In this document: piece after piece, positions 9,271-19,421 of the stretch
Layout of the letters: each line of letters starts with the position of its first letter
Position numbering within the stretch: the stretch's first letter is position 1
NCBI GenBank assembly: GCA_938075675.1
Contig: CALJHE010000005.1
Coordinates: 71,097 to 135,096, forward strand
DNA length: 64,000 bases
Source: Candidatus Poseidoniaceae archaeon
GTDB lineage: Archaea; Thermoplasmatota; Poseidoniia; Poseidoniales; Poseidoniaceae
Direction of reading: 5' to 3'
Notes under the pieces: model-generated
The model's input: only the letters and a program-made list of their open reading frames with translations
Databases searched by the model: none
What the model was told of the DNA's origin: nothing
Made by a program: the position numbers and the translations under genes

Positions 9271-10230
9271 TCAGTTCAACATCTGTTCGAAGTCTGAAAG
9301 ACGTTGGCTGAAGGCCTCCAAACTCATCGAATGAAGCGCTTCAGTTCCAAACGATTCGAGGGTGAAACTAGCGCTAACGGTTGCTGAAAGCAAAGCCTGC
9401 CGTAGTTCGTCTCGTGAAAGTTCACCTTCGCCTGTTGCGAGGTGGGCAGCAATAGAGCCAGCAAACGTATCCCCACATCCGGTCGGGTCAACAACCTGTT
9501 CTGTCGGGAATGCCGGCAATGAAATGATGTCTTCACCATGGAAGGCGATAACACCGTGTTCACCTCGCTTGACGACCAGTGTCTTGACACCAATCATCTC
9601 CAATACCTTTCGAGCGGCTCGAACAAGGTTTTCATCGTTAGCCAGCATGCGAACTTCACCGTCGTTGATGATGACCAAATCGACACTTCGCATGACATCG
9701 AGCAGGGAATCCTTCGCTATGTCAATCCAAAGATTCATCGAGTCGAGCATTGATAGTCGTCGGGGTGATGCTTGTTGCAAAACGCTTGCTTGCAACGCTG
9801 GGTGAAGATTAGCGCAGAAAGTAATCTGTGGGGAGCGGTGAGTTTCAGGAACCTTTGGCTCAAAGTGCTCAAAAACATTGAGATGTGTCTCATGAGTTTG
9901 TGCCTCGGCCATAGTGCCGTGGTACGAGCCTGACCAGCGGAATGTATCGCCCTCCGCAGTCTCAATACCCTGTAAATCCAGCCCACTGTTGGATAACAAC
10001 AGGCGATCTTTTTCCGAAAAATCTTGACCGACTACGCCAACCAATCCAACTTTCTCGAGAGACAATCGCTTCGAATGAAACGAACAAGCAAGACCTGCAT
10101 ATGTTGCTGAACCACCAAGTGCGTCTTTGACATGACCAAGGGGCGAGGCAACACTGTCGTAAGCAACACTTCCAACGATGAGAACATCCATGTCTTGCCG
10201 TAAAGCGTTGAATACTTGTCCCTTTCGCAT
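9271..10230 (-). CDS. pfkB-family carbohydrate/nucleoside kinase (ribokinase superfamily)
   Basis: C-terminal GCGDTFAGS motif, the pfkB signature 2. 319 aa. Confidence 0.6.
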   Translation of the reverse strand: MRKGQVFNALRQDMDVLIVGSVAYDSVASPLGHVKDALGGSATYAGLACSFHSKRLSLEKVGLVGVVGQDFSEKDRLLLSNSGLDLQGIETAEGDTFRWSGSYHGTMAEAQTHETHLNVFEHFEPKVPETHRSPQITFCANLHPALQASVLQQASPRRLSMLDSMNLWIDIAKDSLLDVMRSVDLVIINDGEVRMLANDENLVRAARKVLEMIGVKTLVVKRGEHGVIAFHGEDIISLPAFPTEQVVDPTGCGDTFAGSIAAHLATGEGELSRDELRQALLSATVSASFTLESFGTEALHSMSLEAFSQRLSDFEQMLN

Positions 10231-10241
10231 CAGTCAAGTGC

Positions 10242-11582
10242 TTATCCAAGCAACTCTTCGTGCATGTCTATGTATTGAATCGTGATGTCTCGGTTAAGGA
10301 AATCCTCTTCATCCATAATACGGCGGTGGAGTGGAATCAAGTGTTCAACACCGGAAATAACCGTTTCGTCAAGAGCAGTTCGCATACGCTTGACCGCATC
10401 ATCACGGTCTCGACCCCAAACCAAAAGCTTAGCCAACAGCGAGTCAAAGCAACCCGGCATTTCGTAGCCTGGGTGAGCGTGAGTATCGACGCGGACTCCG
10501 TATCCTGAAGGAAAATGACATTCCCAAAGGCGTCCAGGGCTGGGGATGAACTTGCGAGGATCTTCTGCGTTCAACCGACATTGAATCGCATGGCCGTGCC
10601 ACACTATATCCTCTTGCTGCAAGGGAAGTTCTTCGCCTTGGGCGACACGTATACCCAATTCTACAAGGTTGTGACCGGTGATAAGTTCGGTAACGGTGTG
10701 TTCAACCTGAACTCGAGGATTCACTTCCAAGAAGTAAAAGTCGCCGTTGGCATCACGAAGGAACTCAAAGGTTGCTAGGCCTTTGTAGCCAACCGATTCT
10801 GCACCCTTGCAAACCAAAGCACCAATCTCTTCACGCTTCGCCTCATCCAACCAAGGCCCTTCTTCGACCAGTTTTTGATGTCGGCGTTGAATCGAGCAGA
10901 ACCGTTCTCCGAAGTGAATTGCTTTCTTACCGTCGCCCAACACTTGGAATTCCACGTGCTGAGCGCCTTGGATGTACTTCTCTACGAAAACCCGCTCGTC
11001 GCCGAAAGCAGACCGTGCACGCGATTGGCACAATTTGAGTGCGTTTTCGAACTCATCGGATTTCTCGACGATTTGCATACCAATGCCGCCGCCACCTGCT
11101 GCGGCTTTGATGATGACAGGATAACCGATGTCTTCAGCAAGAGCGGATGCAACAGCAGCATCAGAAATCGGCTCAGAAGAACCCTTAGCGGTTGGAAGGC
11201 CTGCAGCCTCCATTGCAGCACGAGCCTCGATTTTATCACCAAGAAGTGTGATGACATCAGCCGAAGGTCCGATGAACGTAATGCCCTCTTCCTGCAATCT
11301 ACGGACAAAAGTAGCGTTTTCAGCAAGGAAGCCGTATCCAGGGTGAACAGCGTCACAACCCATTTCTTTTGCAGCATGAATGACCGACTCTATATCGAGG
11401 TAGGTATCCAAAGGATTCGTTTTGTAATTAGCATACGCCACATCAGCAAAACGGACAGGAAGTGAAAGACGGTCCTCTCGACCGTGAATAATCGCAGCCT
11501 CAATGCCCATGTCACGTAGAGTTCGAAGAATTCGAAGAGCTATTTCACCGCGGTTCGCAATGAGTACACGCTTGAATGCCAT
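10242..11582 (-). CDS. accC: Biotin carboxylase subunit of acetyl-/acyl-CoA carboxylase
   Basis: MAFKRVLIANRGEIALRILR...HPGYGFLAEN...ATP-grasp motifs. ATG at 11582. The track extension to 11600 uses a non-ATG start. Confidence 0.8.
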   Translation of the reverse strand: MAFKRVLIANRGEIALRILRTLRDMGIEAAIIHGREDRLSLPVRFADVAYANYKTNPLDTYLDIESVIHAAKEMGCDAVHPGYGFLAENATFVRRLQEEGITFIGPSADVITLLGDKIEARAAMEAAGLPTAKGSSEPISDAAVASALAEDIGYPVIIKAAAGGGGIGMQIVEKSDEFENALKLCQSRARSAFGDERVFVEKYIQGAQHVEFQVLGDGKKAIHFGERFCSIQRRHQKLVEEGPWLDEAKREEIGALVCKGAESVGYKGLATFEFLRDANGDFYFLEVNPRVQVEHTVTELITGHNLVELGIRVAQGEELPLQQEDIVWHGHAIQCRLNAEDPRKFIPSPGRLWECHFPSGYGVRVDTHAHPGYEMPGCFDSLLAKLLVWGRDRDDAVKRMRTALDETVISGVEHLIPLHRRIMDEEDFLNRDITIQYIDMHEELLG

Positions 11583-11748
11583 GATTGACTCGAAGAGCAA
11601 TTACTCTATGATGCCAACGGTTCAATACGATACAAAATAGCCTTTTTCACAGTGTTCTTTTTTTCTCGATTTATCCCCTGATATTACGGAATTAACCGGA
11701 ATCCGGATATTGATTTCACAGTTTGTGATATTTTCAAGAAAAAATGCC

Positions 11749-11756
11749 ATAAATTT
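11749..11756 (+). promoter_or_regulatory. TATA-like box (ATAAATTT) about 28-35 nt upstream of the 11784 start codon, suggesting a leaderless transcript
   Basis: AT-rich divergent intergenic region 11583..11783. The spacing is typical of haloarchaeal promoters. Confidence 0.35.
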
Positions 11757-11783
11757 GATATGACATGACTGCGATGTACAAAC

Positions 11784-12257
11784 ATGACGCAGAAACCCCG
11801 AACCGGAGCCGAGGCTCTCGACCAGTTAGCAGGAAAGGACCTGAACAAAGATGGACGTATCGTGAATTTAGTGATTTGCGGAAATTCCAAATTCTACGAT
11901 TACGCATGGCTTGAAGATAAGTTGGACGATTGGGTGGAAGCCAACACTTACCCCGATCTCATCATCCTTGGAGGCGCTAGCGGCGTTGATTACTTGGCTG
12001 AACGCTGGGCCGACAACAACAACATCCAGTTGGCGGTTTTCAGCGAGGCATGGACGGCACCGCGCCCGAACTCTGCGCATGATTCTGGACGACCGGAAGC
12101 AGTTGCAACCTTGGCCAAAACCATGCTCGACAGCGCTACGCACATGCTCTCCTTCCCAGGCCCTGATTCAGTGTGGACCAAACGAATGGAGGAAAGAGCG
12201 GTGGAAAAGGGGATTCCAGTGACGAGTGTACCCTTGCCCGCCGAAGGACTTGAGTGA
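11784..12257 (+). CDS. SLOG-superfamily protein (DUF2493 / YpsA-like Rossmannoid nucleotide-binding domain)
   Basis: LIILGGASGVDYLAERWADNNNIQLAVFSEAW...ATLAKTMLDSATHMLSFPG...VWTKRMEERAVEKGIPV matches the GGxxGxD...W(A)...F...W...M...F pattern of DUF2493. Confidence 0.5.
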   Translation: MTQKPRTGAEALDQLAGKDLNKDGRIVNLVICGNSKFYDYAWLEDKLDDWVEANTYPDLIILGGASGVDYLAERWADNNNIQLAVFSEAWTAPRPNSAHDSGRPEAVATLAKTMLDSATHMLSFPGPDSVWTKRMEERAVEKGIPVTSVPLPAEGLE

Positions 12258-12260
12258 GTC

Positions 12261-13559
12261 TCAGTAGACGTCACGCAAGTAACGTTTCTCTTCTCTCATC
12301 ATGGTCGTACCAATGAAATGAGTTGCATCGTCTTCAGACATCCCACCGTGTTCCATAGCGATTTCAATGAGTGCTCGATGAACGTCTTTGGCCATGTAGG
12401 TCTTGTCGCCACAAATGTAGAAGTATGCACCGTTTTCAAACCATTCCCAAATGTCAGCACCGTGTTCTTTGAGGCGATGTTGGACGTAAATCTTCTCTTC
12501 TTGGTCACGCGACCATGCAGTTGTGAATTTGTACAAATCTCCGCTGTCCATCCAGCCTTCAATTTGTTCCTTGTAGTAAAATTCAGTCTTCGAGGATTGA
12601 TCCCCGAAAAACAACCAGTTTCGGCCATTGCCGCCGTCGAAAACACGTTGCTCCATGAACGCTCTAAACGGAGCGATACCGGTTCCAGGCCCTACCATGA
12701 TGATGTCAACATCCTTATCCTCTGGAAGGATGAAAGACTTGGTAGGAGACATGAATACGCCGATTGGTTTGCCGGTAGTATCAATTTCATCGGCCAGATA
12801 TTGAGTGCAGAGTCCACCGCGAGGGCGATTGTGGTATTCGAACCGAACAATACCCACGGTCAGTTCAACAAATCCGGGGTGAGCGTCGTGGGAAGAAGCA
12901 ATTGAGTAGAGTCTTGGTTTGAGACGTGCAACCAAGTCAAGGAACTCCTCAGGCGAGTACTTGACGCCAAACTCTCGCATAATGTCTACATAGTCACGGG
13001 TCCAAAGGTAGTTCTCAATTTCCTTTTCATCACCGAGAAGAGCTTCAACCTTTGCAGCAGGGTCATCTGATGCTTTGCTGGTGGCAAGTCCAGGTGGTGT
13101 TGATGAAGATTCGGAAGATTCCCAATCCTCGTTTGAACGGCTTCGTGCAACGATTTTTAAGGAAATTTTCATTCCTGAAGAGACAACTTTTCCGGCAAGC
13201 GATTGAACGAACTTCTTGTTCGCCATATGGACCTCGAAATCTTTCTTGAGTGCAGTATACAAGTCGCGCTCTCCGTTGTGAGTCTCGACTGAATAGTCTC
13301 TGTCCCAGCCTTGGAGTTCAAGAATCTCCTCAACAATGTGAGGTGGATTTTCTGACATGACGCCTAGAGCGTCACCGACCTTGTAATCAAGACCCGAGTC
13401 TCCAAGTGCAAACACAATGTGACGAGTCTCTTTACGGGAACCCTCACCGTTGAGAATGTAATTCTCGGTTATTTCAGTCATGTAAGGATTCTTTGCGCTC
13501 CAATCGGACATAATTTCACCCACCAACCTAAGGCTGTAGTCGGTCCACAATGGGGACAC
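12261..13559 (-). CDS. Sulfite reductase flavoprotein (CysJ) / cytochrome P450 reductase-like FAD and NADPH-binding oxidoreductase without a flavodoxin (FMN) domain
   Basis: The RLYSIASS FAD-binding motif, the VGPGTGIAPFRAF NADPH motif and the C-terminal YVQHRL...FYICGD...RYLRDVY are characteristic of the CysJ/CPR FNR-like module. An acidic Ser-rich linker is inserted. Confidence 0.6.
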   Translation of the reverse strand: MSPLWTDYSLRLVGEIMSDWSAKNPYMTEITENYILNGEGSRKETRHIVFALGDSGLDYKVGDALGVMSENPPHIVEEILELQGWDRDYSVETHNGERDLYTALKKDFEVHMANKKFVQSLAGKVVSSGMKISLKIVARSRSNEDWESSESSSTPPGLATSKASDDPAAKVEALLGDEKEIENYLWTRDYVDIMREFGVKYSPEEFLDLVARLKPRLYSIASSHDAHPGFVELTVGIVRFEYHNRPRGGLCTQYLADEIDTTGKPIGVFMSPTKSFILPEDKDVDIIMVGPGTGIAPFRAFMEQRVFDGGNGRNWLFFGDQSSKTEFYYKEQIEGWMDSGDLYKFTTAWSRDQEEKIYVQHRLKEHGADIWEWFENGAYFYICGDKTYMAKDVHRALIEIAMEHGGMSEDDATHFIGTTMMREEKRYLRDVY

Positions 13560-13652
13560 TTATCATGCTTATTGACCGATGTTGATGCCGATTCGGACGG
13601 CGTCACAGGACCCTCAAAAACCTTCACAATTTTCAAGGATGCAAACGGCCAT

Positions 13653-13659
13653 TTATATG
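13653..13659 (+). promoter_or_regulatory. TATA box (TTTATAT) 22-28 nt upstream of the crtI ATG, suggesting a leaderless mRNA
   Basis: Seen in the sequence CCATTTATATGCTGAACCAGTGACATGGCGCC-ATG. Confidence 0.4.
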
Positions 13660-13680
13660 CTGAACCAGTGACATGGCGCC

Positions 13681-15291
13681 ATGACTCAAATCAATAAACC
13701 CACAGCACTGATTGTTGGCTCCGGCCCGGGCGGTCTCGCAAGTGCACTACTGCTCGCCCATTCTGGCGTAGATGTGACCATTCTTGAGAAGGAAGAACAA
13801 GTAGGCGGGCGTACAAAGCTCATTCACAAAGACGGATACACCTTTGACCGTGGGCCGACATTTTTCCACTACCCGGAAGTCATTGAAGAAATCTTCAAGG
13901 CCATCGGCCGAGATGCTCACAAGGAACTTGGGCTCATGCCTCTCGATCCAATGTATCGCCTCGTCTTCGGAGCGGGCGGACACATCGATGCAACCAGCAA
14001 ACTGGATGAAATGACCGAAAGAATCCGTGAACTTGCAGGTGACAAAAACGCTGAGGGATTCGAAAAGTACGTCTTGCAAAACCGTAAGAAGCTCGAATTC
14101 TCAAAGCAATGCCTCCAAACGCCTTGGACCAGTCCACTCAACATTCTCACGAAGAGAGCCATGAGAGTTGCAACAATCCTCAAACCATGGGCCAGTGTTG
14201 CAGGGGACTTGAGCAAGCACTTCGATGACGAACGAGTTCGACTGGCTATGTCCTTCCAAACCAAGTATCTAGGCATGAGCCCGTTCCACGCACCCTCGTT
14301 GTTCACAATTCTTGCGTTCCTTGAATACGAACACGGTATATTCCACGCCAAGGGCGGCCTCGGTAGTATTACCAAGCGCATGGGAGAAATAGCAGAAGAA
14401 ATGGGCGTAAAGATTCGCTGCAATACCCCGGTTAAATCCCTCATCTATGAAGGAAAGGATGTCGTAGGAGCCCGTATTGAGGGCGAAGAAATCCGAGTTG
14501 ACAAAGTCGTCGTTAACGCTGATTTCGCTCATGCAATGACAACCCTTGTTCCAAACGAGAAGCGAAAGAAGTGGTCGAATAAAAAACTCGAAAAGAAGGG
14601 ATATTCCTGCTCCACATTCATGCTGTATCTCGGCGTTGACAAGCAATACGACTTACACCACCACCAAATCTATGCTTCTTCAGCATACGAGAAGAACCTT
14701 CACGATATAACCAACCACAAGTTGACCTGGGATGACCCGTCGGTCTACGTTCAAAACGCAAGCATTACCGATGACAGCCTCGCTCCTGAAGGCCACTCTA
14801 CTGTTTACGTTCTTGTCCCAGTACCTAACACCCACGAAACCATCGTATGGGACGACATCAAGGCTGACTACCGAGACACCATCATCAAGCAACTTGGTAA
14901 ATTGGGATACGACGACATTGAAGACCACATCGTTTCCGAAACCGTCGTCACACCTGACGACTGGGGTGCATCCGACATCTACCGTGGTGCGGTATTCAAC
15001 CTCACACACGACCTCAAGCAAATGCTATGGCGACGCCCGCAAAACCGATTCGAAGAGGCAAACAACCTCTACATCGTCGGTGGAGGAACACACCCTGGCA
15101 GCGGCTTGCCGACCATCTTTGAAAGCGCACGTATCAGCAGCAAACTGCTGCTCGCTGACTTGGGAATGCGCCCTGACTGGAACGGTGTTGACTCTTGGTT
15201 CCAAGATGTTCGCAGACCAAAGGTCAAATCAACAGCTGCTAAGCCTGCACAAGCCACACAAAGAACCACTGGTGACGGTCATGCTGCGTGA
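13681..15291 (+). CDS. crtI: Phytoene desaturase (CrtI family FAD-dependent carotenoid desaturase)
   Basis: N-terminal ALIVGSGPGGLASALLLAHSGVDVTILEKEEQVGGRTK dinucleotide-binding motif. Full-length CrtI-like architecture of 536 aa. Confidence 0.7.
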   Translation: MTQINKPTALIVGSGPGGLASALLLAHSGVDVTILEKEEQVGGRTKLIHKDGYTFDRGPTFFHYPEVIEEIFKAIGRDAHKELGLMPLDPMYRLVFGAGGHIDATSKLDEMTERIRELAGDKNAEGFEKYVLQNRKKLEFSKQCLQTPWTSPLNILTKRAMRVATILKPWASVAGDLSKHFDDERVRLAMSFQTKYLGMSPFHAPSLFTILAFLEYEHGIFHAKGGLGSITKRMGEIAEEMGVKIRCNTPVKSLIYEGKDVVGARIEGEEIRVDKVVVNADFAHAMTTLVPNEKRKKWSNKKLEKKGYSCSTFMLYLGVDKQYDLHHHQIYASSAYEKNLHDITNHKLTWDDPSVYVQNASITDDSLAPEGHSTVYVLVPVPNTHETIVWDDIKADYRDTIIKQLGKLGYDDIEDHIVSETVVTPDDWGASDIYRGAVFNLTHDLKQMLWRRPQNRFEEANNLYIVGGGTHPGSGLPTIFESARISSKLLLADLGMRPDWNGVDSWFQDVRRPKVKSTAAKPAQATQRTTGDGHAA

Positions 15292-15904
15292 AACATTACT
15301 CGCTTGCTTTACGATATTGATGTTCCTTGCAGGATGCGTCCAGCCCGATTCAATGATTGAAAATGAAGCGCCAAACTCAAACCAAATCCCGTTTGAACTC
15401 ACCTTCTCGGCAGACACGCTTGATCGAGAAGAAGACGGTACCCCCGAATTCGATCTGAAAGAAGAATTGGAAGACGGGCCTGTAATGCTCCTGTGGATTG
15501 GTGCTGGTTGTACCGGTTGCCATGATTGGACGGACATGATTCGAGAGAAAATGGATGAAGGCGTTTTTGAAGAATCAAACATGACCATTGTCAGTGTTCA
15601 TCGGTGGGGAGAGTTCGAGAGCAAGGACGATGTCCAGAGAGTATTCGGCTTAGAAAATCAATCCGAACATTACACACCTTGGACAATTGTCACACCGTCA
15701 GAACTCACACAAGCCGAAGACTTCAACACCGAACAAAGCACAGGAGCTTCAATTTACTCAGCATACGGCAATCCCGGAACTCCGACGCTGCAAGTCATTG
15801 CTCCAAACGGGGTACTGGCATGGCAATCGAAAACATATTGGGCCAATGAAACCGTCTTTGACGACGGTTTTTCGTTCTTTGAACGACAGGTGAACGAAGA
15901 GTGA
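15281..15904 (+). CDS. Thioredoxin-fold lipoprotein (lipobox LAGC; CxxC motif WIGAGCTGCHDW). Overlaps the crtI 3' end by 11 nt in another frame.
   Basis: The ATG at 15281 gives MLRETLLACFTILMFLAGC, a signal peptide with a lipobox Cys. The track ORF 14732..15904 is this frame plus a spurious upstream extension inside crtI. Confidence 0.45.
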   Translation: MLRETLLACFTILMFLAGCVQPDSMIENEAPNSNQIPFELTFSADTLDREEDGTPEFDLKEELEDGPVMLLWIGAGCTGCHDWTDMIREKMDEGVFEESNMTIVSVHRWGEFESKDDVQRVFGLENQSEHYTPWTIVTPSELTQAEDFNTEQSTGASIYSAYGNPGTPTLQVIAPNGVLAWQSKTYWANETVFDDGFSFFERQVNEE

Positions 15905-15956
15905 ACCTCAAAGACCCCGAGGGTGTCCAAGAGTTAAGCAGCCTGCAAGGCGGCCG

Positions 15957-16781
15957 GTGAAAACCATGGGTGAAGGCATTAAATTACCAGTCTTGAATGG
16001 ACTGGGTCGTACAAATCGTATCGATAACTGGCTCAACAAACCGATTGCAATGGGGCTCGGCCTCACCGCTGCAATGCTCTACACAGCATGGCGATTGTTC
16101 CTTTTCCCTGAATCGATTTCATACGAACTCGAAGGCTCGAAAGTCATGTCACCAATCTTCTCACCGAATGTCCTCGAATGGGAGTTATTCGGACTTAAGG
16201 AGTGGGGAGAAACTGATGCACCAAGTTGGGTCAACGCTGCTGTTCTCGTGCTGTGGATTCCTTTTGGATTCCGAGGGACATGCTACTACATGCGCAGAGT
16301 CTACTATCGGACGTTCTTCGCGAGCCCTGTTGCGTGCTGGGTTGACGAACCAGAAATCAACAAGAAACTCGGATACAAGGGCGAAAAGCGTCTTTTCATC
16401 TTCAACAACCTTCACCGCTACTTCCTCTATGCTGCCATGATTATTCTGGTCATCAAGTGGTGGGATGTCACCCACACCTTGCATTTCACAGAAGGATGGG
16501 GTATGTCACTAGGTACACTGGTGATGGCTGTAGAAGCATTCCTCCTCACCATGTATGTTACGTCCTGCCATGCATTGCGCCACCTTGCTGGCGGAGCATT
16601 GGACCGCTGGACAACCGGCATCAGCCGAATTCGAGGCAAACTGTTTGGACGCATCAGTATTCTCAACCGTTCGCACGGATTCTGGTTTTGGACTTCCCTT
16701 ACCTTCGTTTTCTTTGGAGACCTATGGGTATTAGCCGTCAGTGAAGGCTATTTGAGCGATGTGGCGCTGTTTGTAATTTGA
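15957..16781 (+). CDS. Polytopic membrane protein, putative succinate dehydrogenase membrane anchor / cytochrome b subunit
   Basis: About 5 hydrophobic helices with conserved-looking His residues (HRYFLY, HTLHF, HALRHL). Lies immediately upstream of sdhA with a 1-nt gap. No motif-level proof. Confidence 0.4.
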   Translation: MKTMGEGIKLPVLNGLGRTNRIDNWLNKPIAMGLGLTAAMLYTAWRLFLFPESISYELEGSKVMSPIFSPNVLEWELFGLKEWGETDAPSWVNAAVLVLWIPFGFRGTCYYMRRVYYRTFFASPVACWVDEPEINKKLGYKGEKRLFIFNNLHRYFLYAAMIILVIKWWDVTHTLHFTEGWGMSLGTLVMAVEAFLLTMYVTSCHALRHLAGGALDRWTTGISRIRGKLFGRISILNRSHGFWFWTSLTFVFFGDLWVLAVSEGYLSDVALFVI

Positions 16782-16782
16782 G

Positions 16783-18645
16783 GTGAAAATAATGACTGAA
16801 GAATACAAGAAATACGAATACGATGTTATTGTTATCGGAGCAGGCGGCGCTGGACTCCGTGCAGCGATTGAAGCAGCACGAAGCGGTGCTAAAACCGCCA
16901 TTATAACCAAATCTTTGCTTGGAAAGGCACACACAGTCATGGCAGAAGGTGGTTGTGCAGCGGCACTCCAGAACGCTGACCCACGAGACGGTTGGAAGGT
17001 TCACTTCCACGACACCATGAAGGGAAGCAAGTGGCTTGCAGATTGGAGAATGGCTGAATTCCACGCAAAAGAAGCACCAGACCGTGTTCGAGAACTCGAA
17101 CAATGGGGCGCAGTCTTTGACCGAACACCACAGAACACCATCAATCAGCGAAATTTCGGAGGGCATACTTTCCCACGCCTCGCCCACGTCGGTGACGCTA
17201 CCGGGCTCGAACTTATTCGAACACTCCAAGAGCGTGGAATTCACGAAGGTATCGATATCTTCATGGAATACACGGTTCGACACCTCCTCAAAGAAGGTGA
17301 CAGAGTCACAGGATGCGTGGCATACACTCGCGTTGACGGTGACTTCCATGCCTTTTCAGGCAAGTCAGTGATCCTAGCGACCGGTGGTATTACCCGTTGC
17401 TGGTCGGTTTGTTCGGGCTCATGGGAATACACAGGTGATGGTCACGCCCTCGCTCTATGGGCTGGCGCTGAACTCCGCGATATGGAGTTCGTCCAATTCC
17501 ACCCAACCGGAATGGTGTGGCCTCCATCTGTTCGAGGTATTCTTGTTACCGAAGGTGTCCGAGGTGAAGGTGGGCGTTTGACCAATTCCGAGGGAGAGCG
17601 ATTCATGTTCAATTACGTTCCAGAAATGTTTGCAGGCGACCACGCAGAAACCATCGAAGAATCCGACCAATGGGTCGAAGAAGTGGTTTCTGGAAAACTC
17701 GCTACCGTTCGAAGACCTCCAGAATTGCTTACTCGTGACGTTGTCGCAAAGGCAATCAATTCCGAAGTGAAAGCAGGTAGAGGCTCCCCCCACGGCGGTG
17801 CATTCCTCAACATCTCACACCGGGGAGAAGAAGCAATTCTGAAGAAATTACCATCAATGCACCACCAATTCAAGGAATTGGCAGGTGTTGACATTTCGAA
17901 AGAACCGATGGAAGTTGGACCTACTGCGCACTATGTAATGGGTGGTGTTCGAGTGAACGCTGAAACCCAAGAAAGCAATGTCCCTGGTCTGTATGCTTGC
18001 GGTGAAGTTGCTTCCGGGCTCCACGGAGCAAACAGACTCGGCGGAAACTCGTTGTCTGACCTCATTACCTTCGGAAAGAGAGCTGGCGAGCATGCTGCAA
18101 AGCGCTCAAAAGACTTGGCACAACCAACCATCGATGATGGACAGGTCCAATCGGCCATCGAAGTTATGCTCGCACCACTGCAAAGAGGCGAAGGAGAAAA
18201 TCCTGGTCTCATTTACGATGAAATGCGTGACATGATGCAGGCAAAAGTTGGAATCATCCGAACCAAGGAAGAAATGGAAGAAGCAATGGACGACTTGAAA
18301 GCGTTCGATCAACGACAGTCCGCATGTTTCCCTGGCTCATCTCGCAAATACAACTCGGGATGGCACCAAGCACTCGACCTCAAGAACATGGTCGATGTTT
18401 CAACCGCAGCAACCCTTGCTGCCCTCACACGTGAAGAGAGCAGAGGCGGCCACACGAGAGACGACTTCCCCGGAGAAATCGAAGAATGGGGCAAGATTCT
18501 CAACATTATCTACATGGAAAACGGGGAAATCAAGGTTCGCCAAGAACCCGTTGAAGAGATACGTAGCGATCTAAAGGATGCTCTTACCGAAGTGAAGGCT
18601 ATGATTGCAGAACGAGCTGCTGAACAAGCAGGAGGCGGTGAATAA
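16783..18645 (+). CDS. sdhA: Succinate dehydrogenase / fumarate reductase flavoprotein subunit
   Basis: [23 protein letters not shown] motif. Active-site region HYVMGGV...[17 protein letters not shown]. 620 aa. Confidence 0.85.
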   Translation: MKIMTEEYKKYEYDVIVIGAGGAGLRAAIEAARSGAKTAIITKSLLGKAHTVMAEGGCAAALQNADPRDGWKVHFHDTMKGSKWLADWRMAEFHAKEAPDRVRELEQWGAVFDRTPQNTINQRNFGGHTFPRLAHVGDATGLELIRTLQERGIHEGIDIFMEYTVRHLLKEGDRVTGCVAYTRVDGDFHAFSGKSVILATGGITRCWSVCSGSWEYTGDGHALALWAGAELRDMEFVQFHPTGMVWPPSVRGILVTEGVRGEGGRLTNSEGERFMFNYVPEMFAGDHAETIEESDQWVEEVVSGKLATVRRPPELLTRDVVAKAINSEVKAGRGSPHGGAFLNISHRGEEAILKKLPSMHHQFKELAGVDISKEPMEVGPTAHYVMGGVRVNAETQESNVPGLYACGEVASGLHGANRLGGNSLSDLITFGKRAGEHAAKRSKDLAQPTIDDGQVQSAIEVMLAPLQRGEGENPGLIYDEMRDMMQAKVGIIRTKEEMEEAMDDLKAFDQRQSACFPGSSRKYNSGWHQALDLKNMVDVSTAATLAALTREESRGGHTRDDFPGEIEEWGKILNIIYMENGEIKVRQEPVEEIRSDLKDALTEVKAMIAERAAEQAGGGE

Positions 18646-19412
18646 TGTCACTGAAAGGAAAGAAGCAAGATTTCACAATCCTACGAGGCGAAGGCGAAGA
18701 ATCAACACTCGAAGAATTCAGCATTGAACTCGACGAAGGCATGGTCGTTCTGGACTGTGTCCATCGAATCCAACACGAACAACAACCGGACTTAGCAGTT
18801 CGTTGGAACTGTAAAGCAGGAAAATGTGGCTCCTGTTCTGCTGAAATTAACGGGCGTCCACGTTTGATGTGCATGACCAGAATGAGCGATGTGGTTGCTG
18901 AAACTCCAGCAGGTAAACCCATTGAGATTCGTCCAATGAAAGCATTCCCACACGTCAAAGACTTGGTTACTGATGTTTCTTGGAACTATGAAATTGCTCA
19001 AAAAATCAAGCCAATCAACGGACCGGATGAAATGAACTGGGAGTTCAACCAAATGGAAGCCGACAGAGTGCAGCAATTCCGTGAATGCATCGAATGTTTC
19101 CTTTGCGTCAACACCTGTCACGTTCTGAGAGACCACGCTCTGTTCGATGACTTCGCAGGACCTCGAAACTTGGTTCGACTTGCACAGTACGAGATGCACC
19201 CGCTTGACACCGAAGACCGTGTCCCCGAAATTAAGAAGGAATTTGGAATCGAATACTGTAACATTACCCGTTGCTGTACTGAAGTTTGTCCTGCTGGTAT
19301 ACAGATCACTGATGATGCAATCATACAGCTCAAAGAGCGTGTAGTCGACCGTTATTACGACCCGTTGCAACGCATTTGGCGAACGCTCACTCGGCAAAAG
19401 GTTCGCTATTGA
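18645..19412 (+). CDS. sdhB: Succinate dehydrogenase iron-sulfur subunit
   Basis: 2Fe-2S motif CKAGKCGSCSAEINGRPRLMC and 4Fe-4S motifs CIECFLCVNTCH and CTEVCPAG. TAATG overlap with the sdhA stop. Confidence 0.8.
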   Translation: MSLKGKKQDFTILRGEGEESTLEEFSIELDEGMVVLDCVHRIQHEQQPDLAVRWNCKAGKCGSCSAEINGRPRLMCMTRMSDVVAETPAGKPIEIRPMKAFPHVKDLVTDVSWNYEIAQKIKPINGPDEMNWEFNQMEADRVQQFRECIECFLCVNTCHVLRDHALFDDFAGPRNLVRLAQYEMHPLDTEDRVPEIKKEFGIEYCNITRCCTEVCPAGIQITDDAIIQLKERVVDRYYDPLQRIWRTLTRQKVRY

Positions 19413-19421
19413 GGCGATGAA

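Noticed and set aside
10875-11465. 196-aa ORF antisense to accC (similar antisense ORFs occur at 12318..12905, 6080..6583, 16738..17349, 18792..19397 and 51593..52036)
   Set aside because: These lie opposite or out of frame within strongly supported enzyme genes and have no motifs. They are typical shadow ORFs.
14732-15904. 390-aa ORF listed in the track
   Set aside because: Its first roughly 183 codons lie inside crtI in another frame, under a non-ATG extension. Only the part from ATG 15281 (the thioredoxin-like lipoprotein) is credible.
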